The position numbers and the translations under genes are program-made. Of a stretch of 64,000 nt of DNA, positions 1 to 12,866 are shown piece after piece. The first letter of the stretch is position 1. The number at the start of each line of letters is the position of its first letter. Under the pieces are notes generated by a model. The model saw nothing but the letters and a program-made list of their open reading frames with translations, did no database searches and was not told the origin of the DNA. The stretch covers positions 5,456,001-5,520,000 of the forward strand of contig NC_043000.1 of assembly GCF_006345805.1 (NCBI RefSeq). The letters run 5' to 3'. This stretch comes from Octopus sinensis (lineage: Eukaryota).

Positions 1-68
1 TCACATCTGCAACGTAACAAAAACTGAGGTTTGAGTTTTCTTTTTGTCCATGTTTATTTTTTTCTCAG

Positions 69-102
69 GGGAAGAAGAAAAGATGTAAAGCTAAGAAGAA
101 AG
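69..102 (+). CDS. Candidate short internal exon (GKKKRCKAKKK + 1 nt)
   Basis: Long pyrimidine tract ending ttttttctcag|, 34 nt purine-rich open frame, donor AAG|gtaata. No homology recognised. Confidence 0.35.
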
Positions 103-500
103 GTAATAAAAATAGAGATTTACTAAAGCCTTCAGTCTCTAGAGGCAGTTATTCTGTTGTTAATGTATTCCGATTTATTGAATACATTTCCTTCAAACAC
201 TTGAAACTGCTTATTTTTAAGGTGGTTAAATTGTTTTACGAAAACTTACTCAGTAAACATACACTATGCATATTCTATACAGCATATAGAGCAGTAAAAT
301 CATCCAAGAAAATATACATATTGTAGACTGCAGGAAACAAAATATTTAAAAATAAACGCTTTCAGTTAAATGCTTGGAGTTCCTGGTGGCTGTTATTGCA
401 AGGGAGACAATTACTACTAGATGAGAAGTTATGGCGAGGTGAGAAGATTGAATTTTTAATTTAGGAGAAACGGTTTTAGTTAAATAATTTTAAAAGATTA

Positions 501-832
501 CTAGCAGTATCGCCCGGCGTTCCTCGGGTTTGTTTCGACCTTTTAGAATTGGAATTTTAGAAAAGTAAAAATTGTGCATTATGTGACTTGTTATTCTCTT
601 CAAGGGAACATTTTTCTGGTTGAAATACACCGAAAAATGGCGACACAGCAGTCAAAAAATCGTAAAAAATAGGGATTTTCATAGAAAAAAGCACCTTTTT
701 GATGTAAATAATTTTTGGTGTTAACATGGTCTGATTTGAAGTTTTTCTTCTACGGAAGGAAGAGCAAGCCTTCTTCTATCATACTCTCAATTTTGCCATA
801 CACAGACAACTTCAGCTTTATATATAGAGAGA
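501..832 (-). mobile_element. Non-autonomous Helitron
   Basis: On the minus strand it starts A|TCtctctatatataaagctg and ends cgaggaacgccgggcgatactgCTAG|T. The 3' end is shared with the copies at 55462 and 62699. Inserted between A and T with no TSD. Confidence 0.7.
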
Positions 833-1570
833 TTTATTAAGCCTTCACTGAAAAAAATACTTACGTTTCAATAATTTACCCAATTAAACAGCACATAATC
901 TGACAAATTTGCTGTTTGTATTTGGTTTGCAAGATTCTTGATGAAACAGATTTTGTGCCTAGCGAAGGTCATTACTCCAAAAATAATAAAAATAAGCACA
1001 CGGAGTGTTTCAATATTACTTCTTTATTTCATCAACTAACTATCCAATGGTTTGTTTAAGGTACTGCTTGAACAATCAATTGGTCGTTAGTTTTCTCTGT
1101 CATTCCGTATACATTTTCTTCTCGATGTTCAGCATTGGATAGTTAGTAAAACAAAGAAGTGGCATTGAACCAGTGCGGGTGTATATTTTTATTGGCATAA
1201 TGAACACAACAAGATTCGTTTCAATATACGAATTGCCATTAAGAATCTTGGTAACCAAATACAAAAACGAAATAAAATAAGCTCTCGGCAAGCTAGCAAG
1301 ACGTTGAAAAATATTCTGCTGTCTAAAAACCAGAATAACTACCCGGCTTTATTAAAGAATGCATCCCCTCCAGGTGGTACACTAACTCCATTAATTCGGT
1401 AATAGACTCAGATTTACGGAATACCAGACAGGAAAATTGAAGCGCACGATGTTGTTGAACATCATGAGAAAAATATACTTGGAATGACAGAAAAAACTAA
1501 CAACCGGTTGATTCTTCACATTAAACAAATCATTGGATAGTTAAGTGGTAAAACAAGGAAGCAGTATTGT

Positions 1571-1613
<43 letters not shown>

Positions 1614-3460
1614 GTATAATGACCCTCCCTGGACACAACAAAATAGGACATGTTTTTCTGTAGAGGAAAGTAGAGGTAAGGTTAATAAATTCTCAATTTT
1701 TTTTCAAAGACTCTTTATTTAAACTGAATATGGTTTATATCAAAGGTAGCATTTTAAATAGATAAACAATTAAAACTTTTGCCTTTTTGCATTCATCAAA
1801 TCGACTGATAACGAACTAGTATATATTAAGTGGCAGACAGCTTCCAAAATATGAGATGTACAGGAGAGGAATCTAAACTGAATAGATTTTCTATTAAAAG
1901 TCGGATGAGCTGCACCCAGATTATTATGACATGCGCAGTAGCGCTCAACATAGCAAGGAGAGGAGAGGAATGCGACATGCAAATTAGACAATAACTTCCC
2001 GACAGTCGACAAGCTCTTGACAATTCTTGGTTTGCGATTGTAATTGCCTAATGGGAATGGTTTATCTAATAAACAAGTTACTGATGTAACTATTCAAGAC
2101 GTCTATAGAAACTGTCACTTCTGTATTATGGCAGATATCTGGATGCCTTCAAATACAAGACTTTATTATGTACATGTAGCAGGTAGCTGCTATGACCTTA
2201 TTAAAAACCTGTTGTATTTCATTTATTCGATAGCGTGAGATTCTGAAACGTTTGTTCGTATTTCCATTCAAGCACTCTGCTAGGATACTTATTCTCTGTC
2301 GGTAATTTCTTAGAGAAGGTCAAGAATGTGTGAATTGCGTGTGAAGTTCTAATTTTCGTATTGCTCATCAAATGACACCTTTGAAATGTTAATTTAAGAC
2401 TGGGATCTAGAAGTAGCAAGGAAGTAGCAAGAAATCTAGTTGTATTCCAATAAATAATTCTAGGTATCTTTATAGACCCAGGATGTTATAGAATCGTATA
2501 AAAACGCAGAGAAAGAAAGAGGAAACAAAAGTATACGTGAAATCAGTCATCGTTCGGAGGGAGCGAAGAAGAAAGATTATGTGGAAACGTTGATTGAAAA
2601 CAAATCTTAACCATCAAATTTCCTTTCCACTCCAAATATTAAGCATCTTCTTCAATCTTCAATGCTAGAAAATACTTCAGTCCTAGCCCGTGTTTGATCT
2701 GCCAGAAGTCTGAGACACACATTAAGCTGATTTTCACATATTTTTAGCGGTTGTTTCTGCAAACATTGTAGGCCAGACATAAAAATAGGCTGCCTGACTA
2801 ATTGGCAATGACTCACCAATATGTTAAGACGATCATCCAACGAAATACACTGCTTCTATACTGCATAGGAAATAGGATACATGGTTGGTTGGTAAAGACT
2901 CACTCACCGACATGCTATTAACACCAAACCTCAACTGCTCATTCTCTGAATGAGCAAGCCTACAGAGACCGACCCATTGCATCCATCTTTACCTCTCTCC
3001 TCACTATTACTGTGCATCATCTCATATATTCTGCAATAAATATTTCTGAGTTACAAATGCTACCCTCTAAACTTTCGTCGCCATATTGATATTTTTCTGC
3101 TTATGTTGGCCTGTGGAAGTTCACGCTGATCCAAAACCATATTCGTTCAACATTCAAAAAACCATATACTCTTTACTTCTTCATTGGGTTAATTAGAAAC
3201 AATTCGTATTACATAACATAAAGTATTACCTGGAGAGAGAATGAAAGATAACTTCGACATCGATGACATTTGAACTGGAAAGATAAAGAGTTGGAAGAAA
3301 TGTTATTAAACATTTCTTCAACGCAGTAACGACTCTGCCAGCTCCCCGCCTTAATAACCATTTTTGTTATAGGCACAAGGCCTGAAATTTACCGGGAAGA
3401 TTATAGTAGTTTACTTCGATCCCAGAGCGCTCGACAGCTACTTCTTTTTAACGACTGTCC

Positions 3461-3910
3461 CATTGAGCTTCCCTTTCACGACGTCATATATGGAACCCCA
3501 TACTCCTTTTGTCCCCCAAATCCATCCCCTCCTCACCGGGGTGGGGACGCTGGCAACGGGTAGTGTCAGAGCTATGCCGTCGGGAACTTCGCTTGCTGGT
3601 AGGGCCACCCAAGGCGGATTGGTCTGACACCGAGTGGTATTAGTGCCACAACCCGGCAGACGGGGCTCTGGTGAAAATCCTCGGGGTGTCTGTTTCGGCA
3701 ACCGGCGGCTCCTCGGTCGTTCTGTCCCTGCGTCTGCGGTCAATCTGCGGCAAACAGGATGTCTCTGCATGCGAGATTGTTGGGGGCCGCTTGTGAAATT
3801 CATATTCCAACGAAACTTCTTCCACTGCCATGGTTCGAGATGCCTCGAGGGTGGTGGAAGAAGCCGACCCAACCCGCCCAGGGTGAATGTCGCCACAAGT
3901 ACAAGTAAGT
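3461..3910. other. GC-rich unique island with long open frames on both strands, unassigned
   Basis: Visibly more GC-rich than its flanks. 176-aa minus ORF (3438-3968) and 92-aa plus ORF. GTAAGT occurs twice near 3905-3914. No motif recognised. Confidence 0.25.
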
Positions 3911-4394
3911 AAGTATACTCCTTATATGTACGTTTTCCGACTGTGTTAGGATATGATTGTCTCCTCATCTGGTTCTTTTGTTATATTTATGCCATATAAA
4001 CATTTTCATTAAGTTTTTTAGTTCGTTTTACCATAGTGTTTTTTTTTGTTTTTTTTTTTTTTGCTTTTCCCTCCTTAAATCTACGCCTAGCAGTACAAAC
4101 ATGTCAGATCGGAAAATATCCAAACTAATTTCTTTGCACTGACTCTTTAACGTTCTAAATGTATGTATTCCATCACCTACTGAACTACTACCACCTCTAC
4201 TTGTGATATCTATTTATCGTTCGAGATTATGCGCGATTACCTTATCCAACTCGTTTGCATTTCATAACACAACGTAATCAACACATTTATTCATATGCTC
4301 TGCTAAATTTATGAAACACTTCACATTGAAGTATCGGCATCTGTTAAAACTTTTTCAATGTATTTACTTTTGCTTTAAAAATATTGTTATTTTA

Positions 4395-4398
4395 ATTA

Positions 4399-4438
<40 letters not shown>

Positions 4439-4461
4439 CATTATTATTATTATTATTATTA

Positions 4462-4510
<49 letters not shown>

Positions 4511-4593
4511 CATTATTATTATTATTATTATTATTATCATTATTATCATTATTATTATTATTATCATTATTATCATTATTATTATTATCATTA

Positions 4594-4628
<35 letters not shown>

Positions 4629-4666
4629 CATTATTATTATTATTATCATCATTATTATTATTATCA

Positions 4667-4720
<54 letters not shown>

Positions 4721-4790
4721 TATTATTATTATCATTATTATTATTATTATCATTATTATTATTATATCATTATTATTATTATTATTATTA

Positions 4791-4825
<35 letters not shown>

Positions 4826-5137
4826 ATTATTATTATTATTATTATTATTATTATCATTATTATATTATTATTATTGTTATTATAATTATTATTATTATTA
4901 TTATTATTATTATCATCATTATTATTATCATTGTTATCATTATTATTATTATTATTATTATCATTATTATTATTATTATCATTATTATTATTATTATTAT
5001 TATCATCATTATTATTATTATTATTATTATCATTATTATTATTATTATCATTATTATTATTATTATATTATTATATCATTATTATTATGATTATTATTAT
5101 CATTATTATTATTATTATTATCATTATTATATTATTA

Positions 5138-5168
<31 letters not shown>

Positions 5169-5255
5169 CTTATTATTATTATTATTATCATTATTATTAT
5201 TTATTATCATTATTATTATTATCATTATTATTATTATTCATCATTATTATTATTA

Positions 5256-5307
<52 letters not shown>

Positions 5308-5347
5308 CATTATATTATTATTATTATTATCATTATTATTATTATTA

Positions 5348-5384
<37 letters not shown>

Positions 5385-5416
5385 CATTAATATTATTATT
5401 ATTATTATTATTATTA

Positions 5417-5447
<31 letters not shown>

Positions 5448-5450
5448 CAT
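4395..5450. repeat. ~1 kb imperfect (ATT/ATC)n microsatellite
   Basis: Directly visible; explains the poly-I/Y/L/N ORFs. Confidence 0.95.
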
Positions 5451-5457
5451 TTTTATT

Positions 5458-6140
5458 AAGACGGTGAGCTGGCAGAATCGTCAACACCTTGGACGAAGTG
5501 CTTAGCGATATTTCGCTTGTCGCTCCAATCTGAGTTCAAATTTCGCCAAGGTCGACTTTGTTTTAAACCCTTTCGGGGTCGACAAAATAAATACCAGTTG
5601 AACACTGAGGTTAATATAATCGACTCATCCTCTCCTCAAAGCTGGCTGACCTTGAGGAAAAATTTGAGATCATTATTATTATCATTAAGGCGGCTAGCTG
5701 GCCGAAATTGTTAGCACGTTGAACGAAATGCTGAACGGTATTTCGCCCGTCGTTACGCTCTGAGTTCTAATTCCACGAGGGTGACTTTGCCTTTCATCCT
5801 CTCGGGCATCGATAAATTAAGTACCTGTGAAACACTGGGGTCGATGTAATCGACTAGTCCCCTCTCCCCAAGTTTCAGGCCTTGTGCCTACAGTAGAAAT
5901 TATTATTATTATTATCGTCATTAAGACGGCGAGCTGTCAGAATCGTTCACACGCCAGGCAAAATTCTATGCGACATTTTGTTTGTCTTAATTTCTGAGTT
6001 CAAATTCCGCTGAGGTCGACTTTGCCTTTCATCCTTTCGAAATCGATAAAACAAGTACCAGTAGAGCACTGGACTCGATGTAATCAACTCACCCCCCTCC
6101 CACAAAATGTCATGCTTTGTGCCTAAAGTATAAAAGATTA
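5458..6140 (+). mobile_element. Three tandem copies of tRNA-derived SINE family A
   Basis: Each starts aag(a/g)cggcgagctggcagaa-like (A box), has ctgagttc(a/t)aattcc-like (B box) and gtcgactttgcctttcatcc; copies are separated by ATT linkers. Confidence 0.8.
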
Positions 6141-6619
6141 TTATTATAATTATGGTCTTTTCAATAATCATTTTTCTCGCCATTTATATTGTTGCTGTAA
6201 ACCACAAACGTTTTCAATAACATTCTGTTAATCAAACACTGTGAGCCAGCAGTGGAAGTGGCTTTTTATTTCTGTTTATTTACTTTTCATTGTCTTTACT
6301 AGAAAAAAATTCCCTATAACAACAAAAACAATAAGCAACAACAATCCAAGACAAACAAAATGCCTTCTTTCTTTCAGGGTTATTTATTTTTGCTATTCTT
6401 TGCAAGCAAATCGCTTTAGTTCTTCTAAATTCGTTATCTCATCTCAATGGACTCCAACTAAAGATTCTCTCGATCGTTCTTAAACTTAAGAAAATTAAGT
6501 TTTTGTCGTAGTTTATCATAATTATTTCACCATCGAAAACTTAATTCCAGTTATCTTCAATTACGTCTTTCTCTCTTTCCCCTCTTTTTCATTCTTCCTC
6601 CTCTGCTTCTCTCTTACCC

Positions 6620-6653
6620 CCCTCTCTCTGTCTCTGTCTCTCTCTCTCTCACT

Positions 6654-6720
<67 letters not shown>
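6620..6720. repeat. (CT)n microsatellite
   Basis: Directly visible. Confidence 0.9.
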
Positions 6721-6724
<4 letters not shown>

Positions 6725-6867
6725 GGTATCAGCATATCGTAAATGAAGTGAATTAGCTTCAATCGAGAAGTGAAACTAAGAAGTTGAGTGATTGGTTAGC
6801 AATGATTGTTATCTCCAATCAAAGTCTTACTCACAACAACAATGTCAAGGGGGCAGAGAAGAAAGCG

Positions 6868-7050
6868 ATGGAGGCGGCGGCGGCGGCGGCGGTGGAGGAG
6901 GAGGAGGAGGAGGTGGAGGAGGATAATGATGATGACGAAGGCGGTGATGATGAAGACAATGATGATGACGATAATAATAACGCCAACGATGATAATGATG
7001 CTAATGGTGATAATGGCGGCGGTGGGGACAGTGGTGGTGGTGGTAGTGGC
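6868..7050. repeat. Compound GGC/GAG/GAT/GGT trinucleotide low-complexity tract
   Basis: Consecutive trinucleotide runs; the source of the poly-A/E/D/G ORF. Confidence 0.8.
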
Positions 7051-7067
7051 AAGAGAAGGAGAGGAAA

Positions 7068-7241
7068 ATTTTGCTGAAGAAAGCAGCTCACCGCCGATCT
7101 GGAGAATCAAAATCATTAGGCCATATGCTTTTACACACACACACATACAATTCTAACACGCACACACAGATACACCCTCATAGACATTTGTGTGCGTGTG
7201 TGGAGACAGTCAGATGAAAAGAGTGAGAGAGATAGAGAAAG
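7068..7241 (+). repeat. Left arm of ~174-bp inverted repeat (partner 8449-8622)
   Basis: attttgctgaagaaagcagctcaccgccgatctg...gatgaaaagagtgagagagatagagaaag is the near-exact reverse complement of 8449-8622. Confidence 0.9.
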
Positions 7242-7264
7242 CACTAACGATGATGATATTATAT

Positions 7265-7880
7265 ATTGGTTTCAAACTTGGCACGAGACCAGTAAGTTCA
7301 GGAGAAAATGTGAATCATTTGCATCGACCCCAGTACTCGACTGGTTCTTATTTTATCGATCACAAAAGAACGAAGGCAAAGTTGATGTCGGCGACATTTC
7401 AACACAGTACATAAAGACAGACGATATGTCGCTAAGCATTTCGTCCGGCATGCTGATGATTCTTATTTCTTTATTGCCCAAAAGGGGCTAAACATAGACG
7501 GGACAAACAAAGACAGACAAAGGAATTAAGTCGATTAGATCGGCCCCAGTGCGTAACTGGTACTTAATTTATCGACCCCCGAAAGGATGAAAGGCAAAGT
7601 CAACCTCGGCGGAATTTGAACTCAGAACGTAGCGGTAGACGAAATACCTATTTCTTTACTACCCACAAGGGGCTAAACACAGAGAGGACAAACAAGGGCA
7701 GACAAACGGATTAAGACGATTATATCGACCCCAGTGCGTAACTGGTACTTATTTAATCGACCCCGAAAGGATGAAAGGCAAAGTCGACCTCGGCGAATTT
7801 GAACTCTGAACGTAGCGGTAGACGAAATACCGATAAGCATTTCGCCCGGCGTGCTAACGTTTCTGCCAGCTCGCCGCCTT
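7265..7880 (-). mobile_element. Multimeric SINE family A (three head-to-tail partial units)
   Basis: Repeated cgaccccagtgcgtaactggtactt...ggatgaaaggcaaagtc...gaatttgaactc blocks, ending ctcgccgcctt. Confidence 0.8.
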
Positions 7881-8403
7881 GTAATGCTGATGATTCTGCC
7901 TGCTCACCGCCTTGTTTGAAGGAAATATTATAACCTCGTAGTAAAATGCATCTATTTCATGGTTCAGTGTAAAACATCATTGACGTGGCCATGGATAGGG
8001 ATGCTCGGTTCATGATCTCGATATCGTAAATTCAATTCCTGGATCGGGCGATGTGTTGTGCGTTGTGCAGCACACTTTATTTCATGTTGCTCCAAGCTAT
8101 TGATTTGTAACGAGAACCAACCCAACACCAATCGGGTACTCGTAGACCCTCTCTCCCTTTCTTCATTCACCTGTCGTATCCTTGATGTTCAACTAGGTCA
8201 AGGTCGAAGGCGTAGAGAAGGGGTGTGTGTCTGCTTACGACTCAATGGGGATAACAGTTACCGAAAGAATACTTTATATTACTAGGCCGTACTCACCGGC
8301 GAGTGATGGCCGAGTGGTTGTACATATCACTTGCCTTCATTCAGAAAAAAAGCAAACGACTTGACGGGTAGATTTTCCTCTCACATCGTACGCAATCGCT
8401 TCT

Positions 8404-8448
<45 letters not shown>

Positions 8449-8456
<8 letters not shown>

Positions 8457-8622
8457 ATCTCTCTCACTCTTTTCATCTGCCTGTCTCCACACACGCACAC
8501 AAATGTCTATGAGAGTGTATCTGTATGTGCGTGTTAGAATTGTATGTGTATGTGTGTAAAAGCATATGGCCTAATGATTTTGATTCCCCAGATCGGCGGT
8601 GAGCTGCTTTCTTCAGCAAAAT
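8449..8622 (-). repeat. Right arm of ~174-bp inverted repeat (partner 7068-7241)
   Basis: Reverse complement of 7068-7241. Confidence 0.9.
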
Positions 8623-9422
8623 CATTTCACGTAATTCCAGTCCGCTCACCTGTAAATGGGTAACCCTGCGAGGCCCTGACATTCTGTTCAGGGAAAATGT
8701 CGGTCTACTCACCAAGCCAGCGGGATGGTAACATCATTCGAAAACGAAAGCAATGCGAAGGAGCGCATTGTGACTAAATGTATATAAATCATCCGATACA
8801 ATACTTCGTAGGATATACATGCGTTTCACCGAAATGCCGAAATGATTACATAACAGTTGTAGATACATTATGCATTCATGCACTACGCATCATCAGTGTC
8901 CAGCAGTAGATATGATAACTGATGCTAAAACTCCAAATATTTGCATTTGTCCCCTTATGCAAATTACCAACAAGCTCGTGTGTCATAATAAAAAGCAGAG
9001 AGTAGACAACACATTGTATGAAGGGTGTCTGAACAGACAGACAGGAATGACCTTATCAAACCATAGAAAAGATAAAAGCGAGGAGTGGGGAAAAAAGAAC
9101 ACTAATCAAACTGATAACAGAAGGTCAACTCGGGTCATACATTAACTAACGCTGTCTTTAAACTCCAATTATTGTTAAGACAGAAATGAGCATCTAATAT
9201 ATAAAAGGCACAAAGCACACGAACATAGGGACTCACGCGCAAATACGCACACATATATACATACACGCATACAAATATATATACACATATATATATACAC
9301 ATGCACACATACATATATAAATATACATATAGACACTCATATGTATGTATACATGTATGTATATGCGCGTGTGAATGTATGTATGTAATTATGTATGTAT
9401 TTATGTATGTATCTATGTATGT

Positions 9423-9745
9423 GAAGGCGCGTGGCTTAGTGGTCAGGGTATTCGGCTCATGATTGTAAGGTCGTGAGTTTGATTGCCGTCGACGCGTTGT
9501 GTCCTTGAGCAAGACACTTTATTTCACGTTGCTCCAGTCCACTCAACTGGCAAAAATGAGTTGTACCTGTATTTCAAAGGGCCGGCCTTGTCACACTCTG
9601 TGTCACGCTGAATGTCCCCGAGAACTACGTTAGGGGTACGCGTGTCTGTGGATTGCTCAGTCACTTGCACGTTAATTCCATGAGCAGGCTGTTCCGTTGA
9701 TCGTATCAGCTGGGACCCTCGTCGTCGTAACCGACGGAGTGCTCC
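9423..9745 (+). mobile_element. tRNA-derived SINE family C (head C + CORE-like segment + tail X)
   Basis: ggcgcgtggcttagtgg (A box), gagtttgattgc (degenerate B box), tgtgtccttgagcaagacactt (CORE-like), tail ending cgtaaccgacggagtgc. Confidence 0.8.
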
Positions 9746-10075
9746 TATGTATGTTTAGACACACACATATTTCTCACTCTCTTTTTAATATTAGGTATTT
9801 AAATGTATCATCAGCTTTCTTTTCTTTTTATCTCTCCTAGAGAATTGTTTACTTGAAGCGGAAGAACCGGTCAAAATTTATATATCATTAACTCATTTTC
9901 ATTGAAACGCTTGGTTCTTTCCGAACCTGATGCTTTCCTTCCCACTGACCTACTTCTTTGGATAAGCTGAGCAGAAGCTTTGGCAGTTGCCAAAAGACTT
10001 CCCAAGAGAGCGAGTTTTAGGTTGTCTTTGTATTCAGAATATAAAAGGATAGAACAAATGCCGTAAAACCTCTCA

Positions 10076-10215
10076 AATAGAAGACACTTGCCCAAGGTGC
10101 CATTGCGTGGCATCTTCGGCAAGTGTCTTCTATTATAGCCTCGGGCCGACCAAATCCTTGTGAGTGGATTTGGTAGATGAAACTGAAAGAAGTCTGTTGT
10201 AAATATATATATATA
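10076..10215 (+). mobile_element. Truncated SINE family B fragment with 5' foldback
   Basis: tggcatcttcggcaagtgtcttctattatagcctcgggccgacc...gatttggtag matches family B and is preceded by its own reverse complement. Confidence 0.75.
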
Positions 10216-10239
10216 CATACATTCGCCATGATAGATCAC

Positions 10240-10382
10240 TAGCCACTACACATTCTATATTTTCTCTCCTTGTTTCTTTCTGTGTTCCTTTCCGAGGAAG
10301 AGCCTAGGCTCGAAACGTTAAAGACTTTTTCACTTCCCGAGCGTTAAACTAATACATCTGTTTCTTGTCTACACCAGCTGTA
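10240..10382 (+). mobile_element. Penelope-like pLTR fragment with degenerate minimal hammerhead motif
   Basis: ctttccgaggaagagcctaggctcgaaacgttaaag; same family as 20985-21165. Confidence 0.5.
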
Positions 10383-10384
10383 TT

Positions 10385-11684
10385 CGAGGGGCGTTCAATA
10401 AGTAATGCCCCTGACCCACTTCCCATAGAAGTAGAGCAACGAAACTTGGCACAGTTATTTGTCTTTTTCTACATAGAAACCACCCAGTGTTACGCATTTC
10501 TACCATCGTTTGATGCAGCTACTATCGTTTGATGAGACCGTTTTTGTAGAAGACCCCAGCTTGGTCCTCCAACCACGACGTGACGTCAGAAATCAAGGAT
10601 GCATCATCTGGGAAACGCTTTCCTTTCAAAAACAACTTCATGGTTGGGAAGAGGTGAAAATCCGAGGGTGCAAGGTCAGGAGAGAAGGGGGTTGGGGGAG
10701 GAGTTCATAGCCGCACGCCTGTGCTTCTGATCTGGCGACCATCGAGTTGTGGACCGGAACGTTGTCCTGCAGGAGGAGGATGCCTTTGCTGATCTTGCCC
10801 GCCTCTTGATTTTGATAGCTTCTCTTAATTTCCTCAAAAGTGAAGCATAATAGGCTCCTGTAATTGTGGTACCCTTTGCCAGGAAATCTGTCATCACTAC
10901 TCCGTCCTGGTCCCAGAAGACTATGAGCATAACCTTGCTAGTGGAGGGCTGCACCCTTGCCTTCTTTGGAGGAGGTGAGTCACGGTGCTTCCGCTGCATT
11001 GACTGGGCTTTTATCTCTGGATCATAGTGATGGACCCAGGTTTCATCCTGTGTAATCAGTCTTTTGAAAAATGTTGACTCATCTTCTTGGCACATCTCCA
11101 AATTCATCCTCGAGCACTCGACGCATTCTTGCTTCCGGAAAGGTGTGAGCAACCTGGGAATCCATCTGGCAGACACCTTTTGCATATGCAAATGGTCATG
11201 AATGATTGGTTTCCACAGACCCGGTACTAATCTTGACCTCATGGGCTATTTGCCGAATAGTTATGCGTCGATCTTCCAAAATGGCAGCCTCAACCTGATG
11301 GACAGATGCCTCATCAATAGCAGTAGGGGGCGACCAGATCTGGGAGCTGTTTCCACAGAGTTCCGACCATGTTTGAATTCACAATGCCAGCGTTTTACAA
11401 GGTCATATGATGGGGCATCATCACCATAAGTTACTTTCATTTCATCAAAATTCTCCCGTGATGTGCGTCCTTTCAAATATAAAAAGCGGATCACTGCCCG
11501 ACACTCAACAGGCTCCATTTCACACTTGACTCAGTTCAAACACCTGTAAATCAGAAACCAAAATTAGTTCAGAGCTGTAATTTACCACTTAATCTATAGA
11601 CATATAGATAATTGCACATGCAAAATTTCAGCTAGATCAAACAACTGCAAGTGGGTCAGAGGCATTACTTATTGAACGCCCCTC

Positions 11685-11685
<1 letters not shown>
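10385..11685 (-). mobile_element. Full-length decayed mariner (Tc1/mariner, irritans-like)
   Basis: 37-bp TIRs cgaggggcgttcaataagtaatgcc(c/t)ctgacccactt with 1 mismatch; 1301 bp long; the flanking TA dinucleotides are imperfect. Confidence 0.95.
10455..11518 (-). pseudogene. Mariner transposase, frameshifted
   Basis: MEPVECRAVIRFLYLKG...RSGRP, KVSARWIPRLLT, ITQDETWVHHYDPE, LLQDNVPVH, FSPDLAPSDFHLFP (DD34D-type motifs) are spread over several frames. Confidence 0.9.
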
Positions 11686-11728
<43 letters not shown>

Positions 11729-11734
11729 ATCTAT

Positions 11735-11806
<72 letters not shown>

Positions 11807-12494
11807 CATACGATTATGTATATACATCTATACGTACATATATGTGTGTGTAAATGCACAGGACTCACGAAACGTGTACAACAAAAAAGTACGAAGCACG
11901 AGTACATGGAAAATGAACTATTTTTGGGAACAACGAAAGACATAAATGGAAAACAGAACGACCCTTCATCAGTTGTTGGAGGTTTTTGTAGTCTCGTATT
12001 TCGAGCTTTTAACGACAATATACGCTTTCGATAAAACAGTTGCTCCCGCAAACCAAATTAAATAAAATTTGGGATCTTGCGGAGGGTCAAATTAGGTAAC
12101 ACATACAGGACAGTGAAGACAAGCAGGAAGGGCTGCTAAGCCTAAATGAGGTTGTGGTGACGAACGCGTAAATCAAGCTAGGACAGGAGTCAAATAAGGA
12201 CACATCTTCCTTGTTCAAGCTACAACGGAGAGAAAGAAATAAAGATGGCTGATGGTCGCATGGGAGCCACCTGAACAAGGGAGGAGGAGTGAGGGAGAGA
12301 GAGTGAGAGAGTAATAGGATAGACTAGTAGGAGAAGAGGAGGTAAAAGAATAAGAGAGAGAAAAAGAGAAAAGCGAACGAGTAAAAAGATCATTTAGAGT
12401 GCGCATCAGAATTATTAAGATAAAACTTTCTTGGCAGAGGATGCGTGATGTTCAATCATAAATCTAATATAAATAATATATATATATATATATG

Positions 12495-12765
12495 GGACGT
12501 AAACACACCAGCATCATATGTATGTATGTATGTATATGTTTTTGTGTGTGTGTGTTAGTCACCCACCATCACTTGACAACTGATGTTGGTGTGTTTACGT
12601 CCCCGTAACATAGCGGCTCGGCCAAAGAGACCGATAAAATAAGTACTAGGCTGACAAAGAATAATTCCTGACGTCTATTTGCTCAACTAAAGGCAGTGCT
12701 CCAGCATGGTCGCATTTATATGACTGAAACAAGTAAAAGAATAAAAGAAAAGAGAATAACTAATG
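12495..12765 (+). mobile_element. SINE family B, 3' part
   Basis: cttgacaactgatgttggtgtgtttacgtccccgtaac...gtgctccagcatggtcgca...tgactgaaacaagtaaaaga. Confidence 0.75.
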
Positions 12766-12805
12766 CTTTAAATATTCTTCCAGTTCACTACCCTGAACGG
12801 GTCTC

Positions 12806-12866
<61 letters not shown>

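Noticed and set aside
4311-5487. Poly-I/Y/L/N ORFs, and similar YI/HT/CV ORFs at 11651, 41776, 45530 and 62154
   Set aside because: They are translations of microsatellites.
6784-7077. Acidic poly-A/E/D/G ORF
   Set aside because: Compound trinucleotide low complexity with no splice or homology support.
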